Source of the DNA: Eubacteriales bacterium | GTDB taxonomy: Bacteria; Bacillota; Clostridia; Oscillospirales; SIG627 | NCBI GenBank assembly: GCA_045631145.1 | Contig: JAZQUE010000074.1 | Coordinates: 3,065-67,064 of the forward strand | Reading direction: 5' to 3' | DNA: 64,000 nt | Part shown: positions 19,701-29,400 of the stretch, piece after piece | Position numbering within the stretch: the stretch's first letter is position 1 | Layout of the letters: the number at the start of each line of letters is the position of its first letter | Made by a program: the position numbers and the translations under genes | Notes under the pieces: model-generated | What the model saw: the letters and a program-made list of their open reading frames with translations, nothing else | What the model was told of the DNA's origin: nothing | Database searches by the model: none

Positions 19701-20612
19701 GCTTTCTTTCTCATCAACGACAACCACCTTTGAGATAGTGCCGACACGCTTTGGATAAATCTCCGAGCAGTCGAGGCTGTCTTCCGCAAGGCTTGTCAGC
19801 TGTTTGTCTGCTCGACGGATAGACAAGCCCAAATCATCTGTGATGTATGTTCGGGCGTTCGAGGCGTTGAAACCTCCCTCGTCCTCGAAATACTTACCGT
19901 CATAGGCTATTTGTTGGAGCTTCGGCAGGAGCAGTTCGTTATTTCCGTACTTGCTTCGGTCGATGTTCTCCACGCCGCCCTGTATAAACAGGATTTCGAC
20001 GGGTACATTGTCGCCATAATTACCTCGCCCGACGTTCGGCTTGAAGCCGTTGCCACGCCCGTATGAAAGGGCGAGAGGGCTGTTCTTGTTATACTCTATC
20101 TTGCGAAGCGAAGCCACCTTACCGTTGAACTCAAATTCGGTTTTCAGCTCCGCAGCCATTTGGGCGATTGCCTCATAGCAAAAAGCGTGATCATAGCTGA
20201 TAAGGACTTCCGCTCCGTCGATACACTCGCCGACAGTCCAACCGCTGTCACGACGGTTCATATTATCGACGAACATCTGCAAATGCTCTTTCGGCTTTGC
20301 TGTCAGGGAGAATTTCAGCCTACCGTCCACCGTGTTACGAAACTTCCATATCTTGGCTTTCGCCTCGGCGGATTCCATAATGACGGTGTACTCGAAATTG
20401 CGGCTGTGCTTCATCTTGAAGCTCTCGGGACGCATAAGGGTGTACCGCACATTCTCGAAGTTGCAATAAGCCCCGACAGGTATTTCTACGTGCTCGGCAA
20501 GGCTGTAATGAAGCGTGATATTATGGTCGCCCATTATAACCCTGTTTCGGTAGCTGTTATCATCAACTGTCACGTCAAGAACCTTGCGTCCCTCACTGTC
20601 GTATATTGTCAT
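16737..20612 (-). CDS. phage tail/receptor-binding protein with collagen-like segments
   Basis: 1291 aa; N-terminal tail-protein-like region, GEKGDKGDTGDDGGDG collagen-like repeat, fibre-like C-terminus. Confidence 0.7.
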   Translation of the reverse strand: MTIYDSEGRKVLDVTVDDNSYRNRVIMGDHNITLHYSLAEHVEIPVGAYCNFENVRYTLMRPESFKMKHSRNFEYTVIMESAEAKAKIWKFRNTVDGRLKFSLTAKPKEHLQMFVDNMNRRDSGWTVGECIDGAEVLISYDHAFCYEAIAQMAAELKTEFEFNGKVASLRKIEYNKNSPLALSYGRGNGFKPNVGRGNYGDNVPVEILFIQGGVENIDRSKYGNNELLLPKLQQIAYDGKYFEDEGGFNASNARTYITDDLGLSIRRADKQLTSLAEDSLDCSEIYPKRVGTISKVVVVDEKESFYDIVDSSIPSTLNYEDYLIAGETMTVKFQSGMLAGKEFEVKYVHEAKNVGTSKEQAARRFEIVPQEIYGQTMPNAVFAPKAGDTYAVFNCMLPDAYICDNATKSGASWDMFRAGVKYLFDNEEVKFSFTGELDGIWSKKDWVNIGGKIKLGGYIKFSDERFQKEGVLVRITGIKDYINKPHSPVLTLSNSTVTSGFSTTLKELQSEEVLVEDYHRDAIQYTKRRFRDARETISMLEEALLDNFTNSINPIAVQTMSMLVGDESLQFRFVKSLTNFTQVADTVVWDGTNKQLKIGASFIQHLTLGIKDISSSHSGYKVWSLPAFTSAIMTDGTKKYYLYAKCSTADETGEFVLSETAIKMQAVSGYYHLLVGVLNSEYDEERSFASLYGFTEVLPGRITTDRIVSGSGTSYFDMLNNAMRLGNVFDFNSQGDGKLRLQGTIVQSQSGAEEYLGCYRGVYNAAYTYYQGDEVTYTVAGLTSTYRYIYATPAKGVAPTSSTYWQIIAAGSKGQDGADGTSVSIKGTLASESELPKTGTAGDAYIIGGNLYVWNGSKWENVGSIKGEKGDKGDTGDDGGDGNYTELRFAVNGSTTSAPSLSKTDLNPSGWTTTVPSVGTAQYLWMTLAVKTGDGSALVSQWSTPIRMTPYDGKDGANGKSPVMVFRGQYDSGKTYYGNSNRLDCVKYGDTYYIARIDAGTFNGKAPTNTSYWNSFGASFESVATNLLLAENANIGDWFISGGKIVSTLENGNKIELDAKNSRIKITSASSGGDYSQESLGSNITLDANSGTIEARANSGYSAVSYISPTGVFANRAGTQCVAASSGYTQRAALVGLGYGNLNKSAWSMGADQEMLAGVYGNASNSGTAPYYGGAFYNLKAYGLVLNVETIGTTVTSKYIYDSDSLVVSFATGTCVTYLPAATREGQIVFLKQINDGKMRVYPRSGQHIYDDNTENDYYDVGGGQMLIAVFCKCAINNVTTEVWWVNRIKW

Positions 20613-20689
20613 TTTACCTCCTGTTTTTGATTGTTAGTACTCTGTACCGAAAACCTCCCCACACAACGGGGGAGGCTCGATACCTGATG

Positions 20690-21067
20690 TTAGTTGATAC
20701 CCAATTCGGCACAGTCAGCGTCCACCTGTGTTTTGACTGCGTTACGCTCTGTGAGGAACGCTTTGTAGGCGGCTACCTTTGCGGCGGCTGTTTCCTCGTC
20801 GTAAACACCCAACTGTGCGGCGTTGTACTCGTTTACCAACTTCTGTTCGTAGTTGCTGTCCCACAGCTCACTGATTACAGCTTCGGTAATCTTGTTTGAG
20901 GTCACGGGTGCCCATACGGTCACTTCCTGACATTTCCACTGTGTGGTTGGCTCGCCGCCCTCCTCGTGTGCGGGCTGTTCCATTTCTACGATGTCCCAAC
21001 GGTATTTGTAGCTACCGTTTCCTACTGCCTCCAATACAGAGGGCTTGTGGTCATAAAATGCTTGCAT
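20690..21067 (-). CDS. hypothetical phage protein (125 aa)
   Basis: ORF in late operon. Confidence 0.5.
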   Translation of the reverse strand: MQAFYDHKPSVLEAVGNGSYKYRWDIVEMEQPAHEEGGEPTTQWKCQEVTVWAPVTSNKITEAVISELWDSNYEQKLVNEYNAAQLGVYDEETAAAKVAAYKAFLTERNAVKTQVDADCAELGIN

Positions 21068-22114
21068 AATACTCTTTTTTAATGATTGATTTCAACAAAT
21101 GCTTACTGTTACTGTGTTTTGCCCAACCGAGCCAAGAGCAAATCCCTTGTTTATACTCCTTTGGTGGGAGCGGTGGGGTGCGTTTGTTCAGGCGGGCAAC
21201 GTGGCGGCAGAAATTCTTCTTGATACTTTTCCTGATGAGCTTCTGTTCACGGTAGAACTTGTAGCCGACATAATCAAGGGCACGTCCGCTTTTGTCGTAG
21301 CGGTTCTTTGCGATTGGGAACACCTGATAATTGCTTTTCACTTTCAAGTCCAAATCAGCCAAAAACGGCTAATCTCCTTGAATGCTTCGTGCAGCTTCTC
21401 TTTGCTGTCGCTAAAGAAACAGATGTCGTCGGCATACTCCGTTGCTTCGAGTTTCAGAACCTCGTTCACGAAGTGCATAAAGTAGGCAAGAAAAAGATTT
21501 GCCAAGAACTGTGACAGGTAATTTCCGATAGGTAAGCCCTCCGCACTGTCGATTATCTCGTCCAACAGCCACAGCAGGTCTTTATCTTTGATTTTCTTTC
21601 GGACAACCCGTTTCAGTACATCGTGGTTGATTGAGGGGTAGAACTTCTTGATGTCGATTTTCAGGCAATACAGGGGCTTACCCTTGTACTTTTTGATTAT
21701 CTTATCCACCTGTCGGGCACAGCCCTCAATGCCACGTTTCTTGATACACGAATACGTATTGTGCGTGAACACCTTGCTCCATATCGGTTCAAGGACATTC
21801 ATTACGGCGTGATGAACAATTCTGTCGGGATAATACGGGAGGCGGAAAATCAGCCTTTCTTTCGGCTCAAATACCGTAAACCTGTCATATTCCGAGGTCT
21901 TGAACGTCTTTGTCCGCAACGCCTCGTGTAGGGCAATGATATTCGCTTCACGGTTCTTATCGTGATGTCGAACTCCGTATGTGCGGAGCTTCCCACGTCG
22001 AGCCTTTTCATCAGCCCGACGCAGGTTCTCCACGGAGATTATCTGTTCGTATAAATTTCCTATACGCTTCATTGCTTTGCTTTTCTTAATCGGAGTCTTC
22101 GATAGCCCATACAA
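21051..22114 (-). pseudogene. DGR reverse transcriptase, split by a 1-nt frameshift (ORFs 22114-21344 and 21362-21051)
   Basis: RT motifs: YCLKIDIKKFYPSI, GLPIGNYLSQFLANLFL, EATEYADDICFFSDS; downstream ORF continues as ADLDLKVKSNYQVF...GYKFYREQKLIRKSI...YKQGICSWLGWAKHSN. One extra T in the T5 run restores the frame. Confidence 0.85.
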
Positions 22115-22230
22115 CAGGCATTTCTACCAACACCTTTCTGATTTGAGAAATCTTTTACCAAGAGGTAAGGTCGTCGCTCTTTTATTCTTTTATATTGCTT
22201 CGAGCCTTTGACAGCCCGCTTGAAAATCAG

Positions 22231-22339
22231 AGGTGAGAGCCGATGTTCGCATTCGTATTCGAGGGCACGTTATTCGAGTTCGCATAGGCGAAGCCTGCAT
22301 TCGCACCGTTATTCGCATTACCGCCGAACAGGACACCAC
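22231..22339 (-). repeat. DGR template repeat (TR)
   Basis: Minus-strand translation G V L F G G N A N N G A N A G F A Y A N S N N V P S N T N A N I G S H L: AAY codons at variable positions; homologous to VR1 and VR2. Confidence 0.93.
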
Positions 22340-22362
22340 AAGAACGACCAACCTGTTATTTT

Positions 22363-22713
22363 TCACTCGAAATAGTATCTGTTACCGTTTCCTCGTAATG
22401 TTACTCTCCTCGGGAATTTGTTCAGCTCCTTAATCTTCTGCAAGATGTAGAGAATGTCAGCTGAACCCGTGAAGAACTTTTTCGCAGCACTGTCGGGGCT
22501 GTCCTTTTCAGGCTTGATTTTGACAAGCGTCTGACCTTTGTTCCCCTTTGCCTTGCTGAACTTCGTCGGAACGTCCTCGATGAAATCCACTACCCAAAAG
22601 GTTGTGTTCACGAGCTTGCTCTGCGTCGTTTCATCACAGTTGAAACTGCGGTTGTTCTCATCACGAGGAATTTTCAGGCATTCCAAAGAGCCGTCGTCAA
22701 TAATAGTTTCCAT
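22363..22713 (-). CDS. putative DGR accessory protein (116 aa) between VR1 gene and TR
   Basis: Conserved-looking basic protein in the usual accessory-gene position; sequence does not read as a classical four-helix Avd. Confidence 0.5.
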   Translation of the reverse strand: METIIDDGSLECLKIPRDENNRSFNCDETTQSKLVNTTFWVVDFIEDVPTKFSKAKGNKGQTLVKIKPEKDSPDSAAKKFFTGSADILYILQKIKELNKFPRRVTLRGNGNRYYFE

Positions 22714-22758
22714 ATCCTTATACAGTTAAATGGTTAGACGTGTACTCGTGGGGACGGG

Positions 22759-24201
22759 TTATCGAGGCAAAAAGCAAAGGCGAGAGCCGAAGTACGCAAG
22801 CGTAGAAGAGGGCACGTTAGTCGAGTACGCATAGGCGAAGCCCGCACCCGCACCGTAATTCGCATTACCGCCGAACAGGACACCACGGAGGGTTTCAGAG
22901 GTCGGGATGTTGGTATAGTGATAGTCACAATGGTAGGTAGTAGAACCGCCCCCAATTTCAGACGGCATAATCTCGCCATACTCTCCGAAGATAACCTGTT
23001 TCACGTAACCCTCTGCACGGGCTTCATTGCCGACGTGGCTGTAACCTGTGTAGCTGCTGTCTGTGAACTTTGACGGGTCGCTGCATACGAACACCTTGCT
23101 CAAATCGTCGCCGCCGTTGGCTGATGTCGGGCTGATACGGACATTGATACCGTCAGTCCACTGCCAAATATGCCCGAACGGATTTTCAACACCTCTGTAT
23201 CGAGGAACCTGTACCTCAATAGTGTTGTTTGAATCATACTCGGTCGGCATAGTGTATATTACCTCGCCTGTGTTGTTACCGAGGCTGTCGGTTGTTCCGC
23301 AAGGGATAACAGGATTGTAGCCGTTGAATGTACTCCACAGTGTACTGTTCAGGTTCGTTACGCCTGAACCCAAACCGCCCTGACGCAAGCCCTCGGAGGT
23401 CAAAACAGGGTTGTACGCCGCCTGTGTATTGAGTGTGGCGTATTCTGTCACGAACAGCCAATAGAGGGTTTTCTGTACGTCATACGTCATACAGTTCCAC
23501 TCGGTCGAGGTGGTCTTACGGTTACGGGCGTACTTACGGAAGTTCGTGCGGCTGATACTTGTTGCGGGCATACCGAGCATACTTCTGTATGTGCCGTCCC
23601 ATTCTGTGTTGTTGCCGCCACCTCGATAATCGACCGAAGTGTTCTTCACGGAGGCGAGCTTTGAGGTTGAACGCTGAACGGTTGCCTCGTAAGCTGATAC
23701 ATAACACCTTGGTACGGCGTGATAACCCGCAAGAGGCAGTTCGCTGATACGCACACGACGTTTGTTACCGTCGGTTTCAAACTTGCGGAAATGGGCGGGT
23801 ATTTCGACCATAACCTGACCTCGTGAACCGTCAAGGACATTGCCCGTCCAATCGTTAGGGTTCAGGTATTCCACTACATTGCCGTCGTCGTCAAGCAGAC
23901 AGCCTTTCATACGGCTGTGTACGGGTAGGCTCTTGTGCAGGTTGGTGTTTCCGATACGGGTACAGGTCGGCGATGATACTGTAACGTCAAACTCGACACC
24001 GTATGAACAATCGTCCTCCAAATAGGGGAGGAGGCTTGCGAGAGCCGCTTTCTTACTTTCTCCGTCCTCGTCGAGAACTTCGCAAAACAGGTTGTAAGGG
24101 TTAGTTCCCTCTACTTCGGGTAAGTCGCTCAAACGCTTACCGTTCTGAAACGCCTCGATGATCTGTTCGAGGATAGCTTCTTGTGCTTCTGTAAAAGCCA
24201 T
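22759..24201 (-). CDS. DGR variable protein (target 1), C-terminal C-type-lectin-like VR domain
   Basis: 480 aa; C-terminus GVLFGGNANYGAGAGFAYAYSTNVPSSTLAYFGSRLCFLPR matches TR. Confidence 0.88.
   Translation of the reverse strand: MAFTEAQEAILEQIIEAFQNGKRLSDLPEVEGTNPYNLFCEVLDEDGESKKAALASLLPYLEDDCSYGVEFDVTVSSPTCTRIGNTNLHKSLPVHSRMKGCLLDDDGNVVEYLNPNDWTGNVLDGSRGQVMVEIPAHFRKFETDGNKRRVRISELPLAGYHAVPRCYVSAYEATVQRSTSKLASVKNTSVDYRGGGNNTEWDGTYRSMLGMPATSISRTNFRKYARNRKTTSTEWNCMTYDVQKTLYWLFVTEYATLNTQAAYNPVLTSEGLRQGGLGSGVTNLNSTLWSTFNGYNPVIPCGTTDSLGNNTGEVIYTMPTEYDSNNTIEVQVPRYRGVENPFGHIWQWTDGINVRISPTSANGGDDLSKVFVCSDPSKFTDSSYTGYSHVGNEARAEGYVKQVIFGEYGEIMPSEIGGGSTTYHCDYHYTNIPTSETLRGVLFGGNANYGAGAGFAYAYSTNVPSSTLAYFGSRLCFLPR
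22773..22886 (-). repeat. DGR variable repeat 1 (VR1) incl. IMH-like 3' end
   Basis: Over the aligned 106 nt (TR 22234-22339 / VR 22781-22886), 14 mismatches, 13 at TR adenines (coding orientation). Confidence 0.92.
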
Positions 24202-24233
24202 AATCTAAAAGTTTTAATGGTTGAACAATGATT

Positions 24234-25034
24234 TTAATTCAATCGTAACGCTCCGCCCTGTGTGAAACGTAGCTGCTTACGGGTGTTTACCATACGGAGC
24301 GACGGAGCTGTAACCTCAATCTGCAGCGTCTTGGCGAGAGCCGTGTTCATCGTCGGAATGACGTGTACCGTGCTTCTGCCCTTTGCCACAACCTGAATAC
24401 GCCCGTCAGGGGCGACCGTTACCGCTTTGTTATCACATAGGAAGATTACATTTTTCAGCGTTCCTGCGGGCGTAAGAACAACGTTAATCGGCTTCGGGGA
24501 TAGGTTGCCAAATGTTATGCGTTCCATACACTCAACCTCCAACGTGAACGGCACAATGCCGCCGAAAGCGGCAAGGATTTCCGCTGTGGCATTGTTCGCT
24601 GCCGCCGTTGCCTCCTCGGCTTCCGCTGTGGCTTCCTTTGCCTCCTGTGTAGCCTTGTCAGCGTTGGTCGTCGCTGTGATTGCTTTCGCCGTTGCGGAGT
24701 CCGCATTTGAAGTTGCCGTCTTTGCCTTACCTGTTGCGTCGTCGGCGTTCTTTGTTGCCGTTTCCGCAGCCGTCGTTGCAGTTTTAGCCTTGTTTGTTGC
24801 ATCGACAGCGTTGTTAGTTGCCGTTACGGCATTGTTCTTGGCTGTCGTAGCCGCCGAAGCTGCATTGTTCGCTGCCGCCGTTGCTGCGTTCGCCTTGCTG
24901 ACAGCCTGTGTGGTTTCCTGTTCGACGAACTCCAAGGACACTTTGACGCTGTTGTTGTTAGCGTCCGTACCGATAGTAAACAGCCCTTTCAGGGTGCTGT
25001 ATAACGGTAGTTCTGAAATCTTGATTTTCTTCAT
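24234..25034 (-). CDS. tail fibre-like protein with Ala-rich coiled-coil repeats
   Basis: NAATAAANNAASAATTAKNNAVTATNNAVDATNKAKTATTAAETATKNADD... repeat and C-terminal beta-rich domain. Confidence 0.6.
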   Translation of the reverse strand: MKKIKISELPLYSTLKGLFTIGTDANNNSVKVSLEFVEQETTQAVSKANAATAAANNAASAATTAKNNAVTATNNAVDATNKAKTATTAAETATKNADDATGKAKTATSNADSATAKAITATTNADKATQEAKEATAEAEEATAAANNATAEILAAFGGIVPFTLEVECMERITFGNLSPKPINVVLTPAGTLKNVIFLCDNKAVTVAPDGRIQVVAKGRSTVHVIPTMNTALAKTLQIEVTAPSLRMVNTRKQLRFTQGGALRLN

Positions 25035-25045
25035 ATTCTTATCTG

Positions 25046-26056
25046 CTAATTGTTGAACCTTATACCTCCGTTACCTGTCAGGCGAATAGTCATACGGTCA
25101 TTGACAAGACGGACAGACGGAATGAGATATTTATCAGGACGCAACTCGATAGCGTATGTGCCGTCCTCTGTGAACACCACAATGCCGTCCTCGGAAGCGA
25201 GAACAATATCCTCCTCGCCGATACGAAAATCCTGCGTGAATGTAACTGTGAGCGTGAACTGCAACCATATCCTGTCTGTCGGGCAGAACTTCGTTACCTG
25301 ACAGCTCTTGTAGTGGAACAGGAACTCACGTTCCAAATCATCAACCCACAGCGACCGTTCATTCGGGCGAATCAGATCATACAGGAAAGCGTCATAGTTC
25401 CGCCACAACTCATCGAGCGTTTCAGCCCTCATCAGGCAGTACAGCTTCACGTCCTTGCTCTTGTAGGTTACCTGCTTTGCGTCATACTCTACACCTTTCT
25501 GTGTAGGGATATTTCGCAACAGGTTCGTTTTCACAACCGCCGAACGCACAATCTCATCATAGCTTCCCGTAAGGATACGCAACCCGTAGCTCGTGAAAGG
25601 CAACCCGTCAAAAGTGTAGTCGGCGGAGTACATCACGGAACTGTACGGAGCTTTGTAGCTATATCCGTCAAGCGGGAAGTCGTCGGCAAACTTCAATGTC
25701 GCTTGCCCGAGTATCTTAATGGCTTTCAGGTTCGGCTGCTGTGTGAGGCGAAGCCTGTAAACACGCCCGATTTCCGCACAACTGAATGTATGGTAAGCCC
25801 CGTCAGAGAGAACGTCGAGAAAATCGAACAGGGAGGAATACAAGCCCGAAATGGCGAACTTTATCGACACCTCACGGGTATTCAGAACGGGGGCTGATAG
25901 GTCAGCTTCAATGCCGTCCTCCTCCTGCCAATCGTTCTTTTCGACATCTTTCAACGGGGGAAAGGCTACAAGCTCATTATAGCCCCCCTCGACGACGTAC
26001 ATACCGAACTGTTTGTACACGTCGTAACCGTCCACATATAGAGCACCTGTCTTCAT
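25046..26056 (-). CDS. phage tail protein (distal-tail-like)
   Basis: 336-aa ORF immediately downstream of the tape-measure region. Confidence 0.55.
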   Translation of the reverse strand: MKTGALYVDGYDVYKQFGMYVVEGGYNELVAFPPLKDVEKNDWQEEDGIEADLSAPVLNTREVSIKFAISGLYSSLFDFLDVLSDGAYHTFSCAEIGRVYRLRLTQQPNLKAIKILGQATLKFADDFPLDGYSYKAPYSSVMYSADYTFDGLPFTSYGLRILTGSYDEIVRSAVVKTNLLRNIPTQKGVEYDAKQVTYKSKDVKLYCLMRAETLDELWRNYDAFLYDLIRPNERSLWVDDLEREFLFHYKSCQVTKFCPTDRIWLQFTLTVTFTQDFRIGEEDIVLASEDGIVVFTEDGTYAIELRPDKYLIPSVRLVNDRMTIRLTGNGGIRFNN

Positions 26057-26478
26057 AATATCAGAGCATTTTCAGAGGTGTTCTTCAAATAGGCACAGCC
26101 CTGTTCAGCTTTCACGAACACGACAGACCATTTCGACGCATTGATGTTCGCCCTCGCCCCGTGAAGCAACACAATCTCGTGGCGTTCGAGTTCCGAGCAG
26201 TTGATTGTCGCACTCGTCCGTCCGATAAGAATAGCACGTGTCGGGTTATTGAGAGTGATAGCCCCTGCGTCGATGTATATTCCGTAACGCTCGACGTTGT
26301 GCTTCTTGAACAGGCGGAGCGTGGCGATATTCGGGAAATGGTGTGTCATACAAAACTCCAATCCCTGTGTCGTCGTAAACAGGCGTATAATGCCCTGTAA
26401 GTCCTCCGTTCCTTTGAACAGAGGACAACAGCCTAACAGCTTGGCTTGGGCGTAGATGTTCTTTATAACCGATTCCAT
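26053..26478 (-). CDS. hypothetical phage protein (141 aa) in the tail cluster
   Basis: ORF in tail cluster, 4-nt overlap with next gene. Confidence 0.5.
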   Translation of the reverse strand: MESVIKNIYAQAKLLGCCPLFKGTEDLQGIIRLFTTTQGLEFCMTHHFPNIATLRLFKKHNVERYGIYIDAGAITLNNPTRAILIGRTSATINCSELERHEIVLLHGARANINASKWSVVFVKAEQGCAYLKNTSENALIL

Positions 26479-26482
26479 ATCG

Positions 26483-29400
26483 TTACTGTATTTTAATTCC
26501 TTTGATTACAATATCTTCCACTGTCGATTTCACGTCACGGATATTCTCCTCGACCTTTTCCATACGGGCGGATATACGTTCCGTGTGCATTTCGATATTG
26601 AGGACACTTTCAAGGATTCCCGCCGCTGTTGCTACCAACTGCTTTGTGTTCTCGCTGATTGAGTAGGTGTGTCCCTGTATCGCTGTTGCTCGACCGTTCA
26701 ATTCATCCACGCTTTCCTGCGAGGCTGTGGCTATTCCCTCCTGTGAGGCTTCACGTGAAGCGGCTGTCGTTGTGAACATATTCTTCACGCTGTCAGGTAG
26801 GCTCTCCCAAATCACAGCGAAATCCTCGCCGACAGAGTTCAGGTCGGCTGCAAAACCTGACATCGAATTGATAACAGCGTCAAGCCCCACAAACTGCCCG
26901 TCCTTGAACCATTTTTCCTTGTACTTGTTGAAGATTTCTCCGAGAGGTTCTTCAAGGAATTTGCTCACGAGCATACGCTGCATAACGTCCGCTACGATAT
27001 CCTTTACCTTGTCGCCCCAAGCCTCGGCGTAGTCCTCGCCATTCTTGAAAGCCTCGAAGAAAGCGTCCCCGAGTTCCTTTGCGATGTCCTCCGATGAACC
27101 GCCGATAATATCCTCTACCATTTCGTTGATAATGGTAACAGCCTGTTCTCCGAGTTCCTGTATCTGCTGTTCCCATTCTTCAATCTTCCCGTGGTCGGTT
27201 TTCTTTTTGTCCTCCTCGTTCCTGATCTGTTCCTGAATGAGGAGCTGCTGTTTGGCGATGTTCTCCAACTGTGATTTAGCGTCACTGTATTTCGCACCAC
27301 CGATAGCCTTGTCTTCTGTGTAGGCGATGTTGGCGTAAGCCTTTGCCACCTTTTCGGCTGACTGTTGGAGCAGTTGGTTATTGTTCGACAGTGTACTGAA
27401 CAGTGTTCCCCATACGCCTGATATGTTGTTCATTCTGTAATGAAGCGTAACCAATTCCTGACGAGCCTCGGCGGTTGCCTTGCGGAGCATATCCATAGCC
27501 TTGAAACTGTTGTTCTGCAAGCGGACAGCGTCGGCATTGTCGAGTTCCCATTGAAGTTGGTCGATACGGTCTTGCAGGGCTTCGATTTCTTCCTGTTTCT
27601 TGTCGTCGTTGTTGAACAGGTTGATAATCTGCATGGCAATCTGCATAGCCGCCGAAATGACCGCCAAAATCACAGAGGCTTTCTCAACAGTTGAAATGGC
27701 TGTCTCCGCAGCTGTGGCAGTTCCCTGCATACCTGTTGCGGACATATTCACGAGCTGCACAATGCCGTTTATCATTGACAGGGTAGAAGCCATAATGTTG
27801 CCTGTGGTGGAAATGATTTCACCCGCAACACCTCCGACAGCGTCCCCGATTTCATCAAACGACTTGCAGCAGTCGTCCAATGATTCCCGTAGGTCGTTCC
27901 ACTGTTCGATACTCCGTTTGTTGGGGGCAACGTCGTTCTGTGCGTTCGCCTTTTCGACCTTGCTCTTTGCGGTGGCTACTTTTGCTCGGGCAACGGCTAT
28001 CTGCTTTCCGTCGGCTGTCCCTGATTCTTCGAGCTTCTTCAATTCCTTTTCAGCCTGTTCGAGAACTCCTTGAAGCTGTTGCAACGATAGGTTGGCAATT
28101 GCTTCGCACCACGCCTGATAACTTGCCTCACGCTGTGCGAACTGTTCGTCAATGGCTGTCAGGGCGTTTTGCTCCTGTGTGTTCAGCTCGTCGATATTAC
28201 CCTGTGTTACGCCCTCACGAAGTCCCTTGCTTTTGTCTCCGTCCACATACAGAGCCTTGCGTTTACGCTCGTAATCTTCTGTGATTTCCGTACGTTTTTG
28301 CTCGTAGGTCATAAACTCCGACAGGGCTTTATCGAGGCTGTCTTTATTGGCTTTCGCTCGTATATCGCTTGCAATTCGCTCGTATTCTCTGATGATTTGA
28401 AGCTGCTCTGACGAGAGGTCGGCTGCGGTAACAGAGGAACGGTCAAACGACAGTCCCTGCTCCTTTGCTTTCGGGTTGGCGTTCTCCCATTCAAGCTGCT
28501 TTTTATCCCGTAGGGCTTCAACCATTTCTTCCTGACGACGGAGGTTTGCTTCGGTCAGGCGTTTATAGTTGAGTTCGTTCTGTGCGAGTTCCTTTTCCAA
28601 GCCCTCCTGCATACCGTCAATACGGGCTTGCTCGATGTCGAGTTCAGCCTGTCGTGCCTCACGGGCGACATCTTCCCCGTATTGCCTGATTTTCTCGTTT
28701 CTCTCGGCTGTTTGAACGGCAATGGTGTTCTCCTCTTTCTGCTCACGATTGGCGGCTGTCGTGCCCTTTGTAACGCTGTAAGCGTCAATCTGCTTTTGAG
28801 CCTCGGCAATGTTAGCACGGATTTTCTTCGCTTCCTTGGTCTGCAACTGTGCAGCTGTCATAGCGTCCAACAATCCCTGCTGCTCTTTCTTGTAGTCCTC
28901 CCAATACTTTTTGTTCTTCACAACTTCGGTAGGCTTGCCGCCGTCCTCTGTTCCGCTTCCCGCTTGTGGGTTGCCTCCATACAGGCGGTTAGCTTCTGCC
29001 ATAGTATTGTCAAAAATACCCCTTGCACGTTGGGCGGCTGTGATTTGGTTTTGCATAGGGTTGTACTGATATGAGCCGCCGCCTCCAAACATACCGCCTC
29101 CATAATAGCCTGTACGCTCGAATTGGTTGATTATCCCCTGTACCTCGGCAGTCATTTCCTGTTTGCCCTCCAAGACGGGAACAATCTTCCAATAATAAGT
29201 TTCGGCAAGGCTAATTCCGTCTGCGCCTGTCTGTCCTTTGAACTTATCGTTCAACAGTTCCATTATCTCCTCTTTTGCGTCGGCTTCTTTCTCGGCGTAG
29301 GTATCGGCTGCGTCCTTTGTAGCAGCTTCCAACGCTCGGGCTTTGGCGGCTTCCCTGGCAGCAGCAGTAACAGCCTTATACGCTCCCTCAACGTCCTGTA

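Noticed and set aside
21361-21365. Programmed frameshift explanation for the split RT
   Set aside because: CGT TTT TGG is not a canonical X_XXY_YYZ site; indel or sequencing error is simpler
24427-25056. 209-aa + strand Ala/Val-rich ORF
   Set aside because: Antisense to the Ala-rich tail protein; composition explained by the repeat
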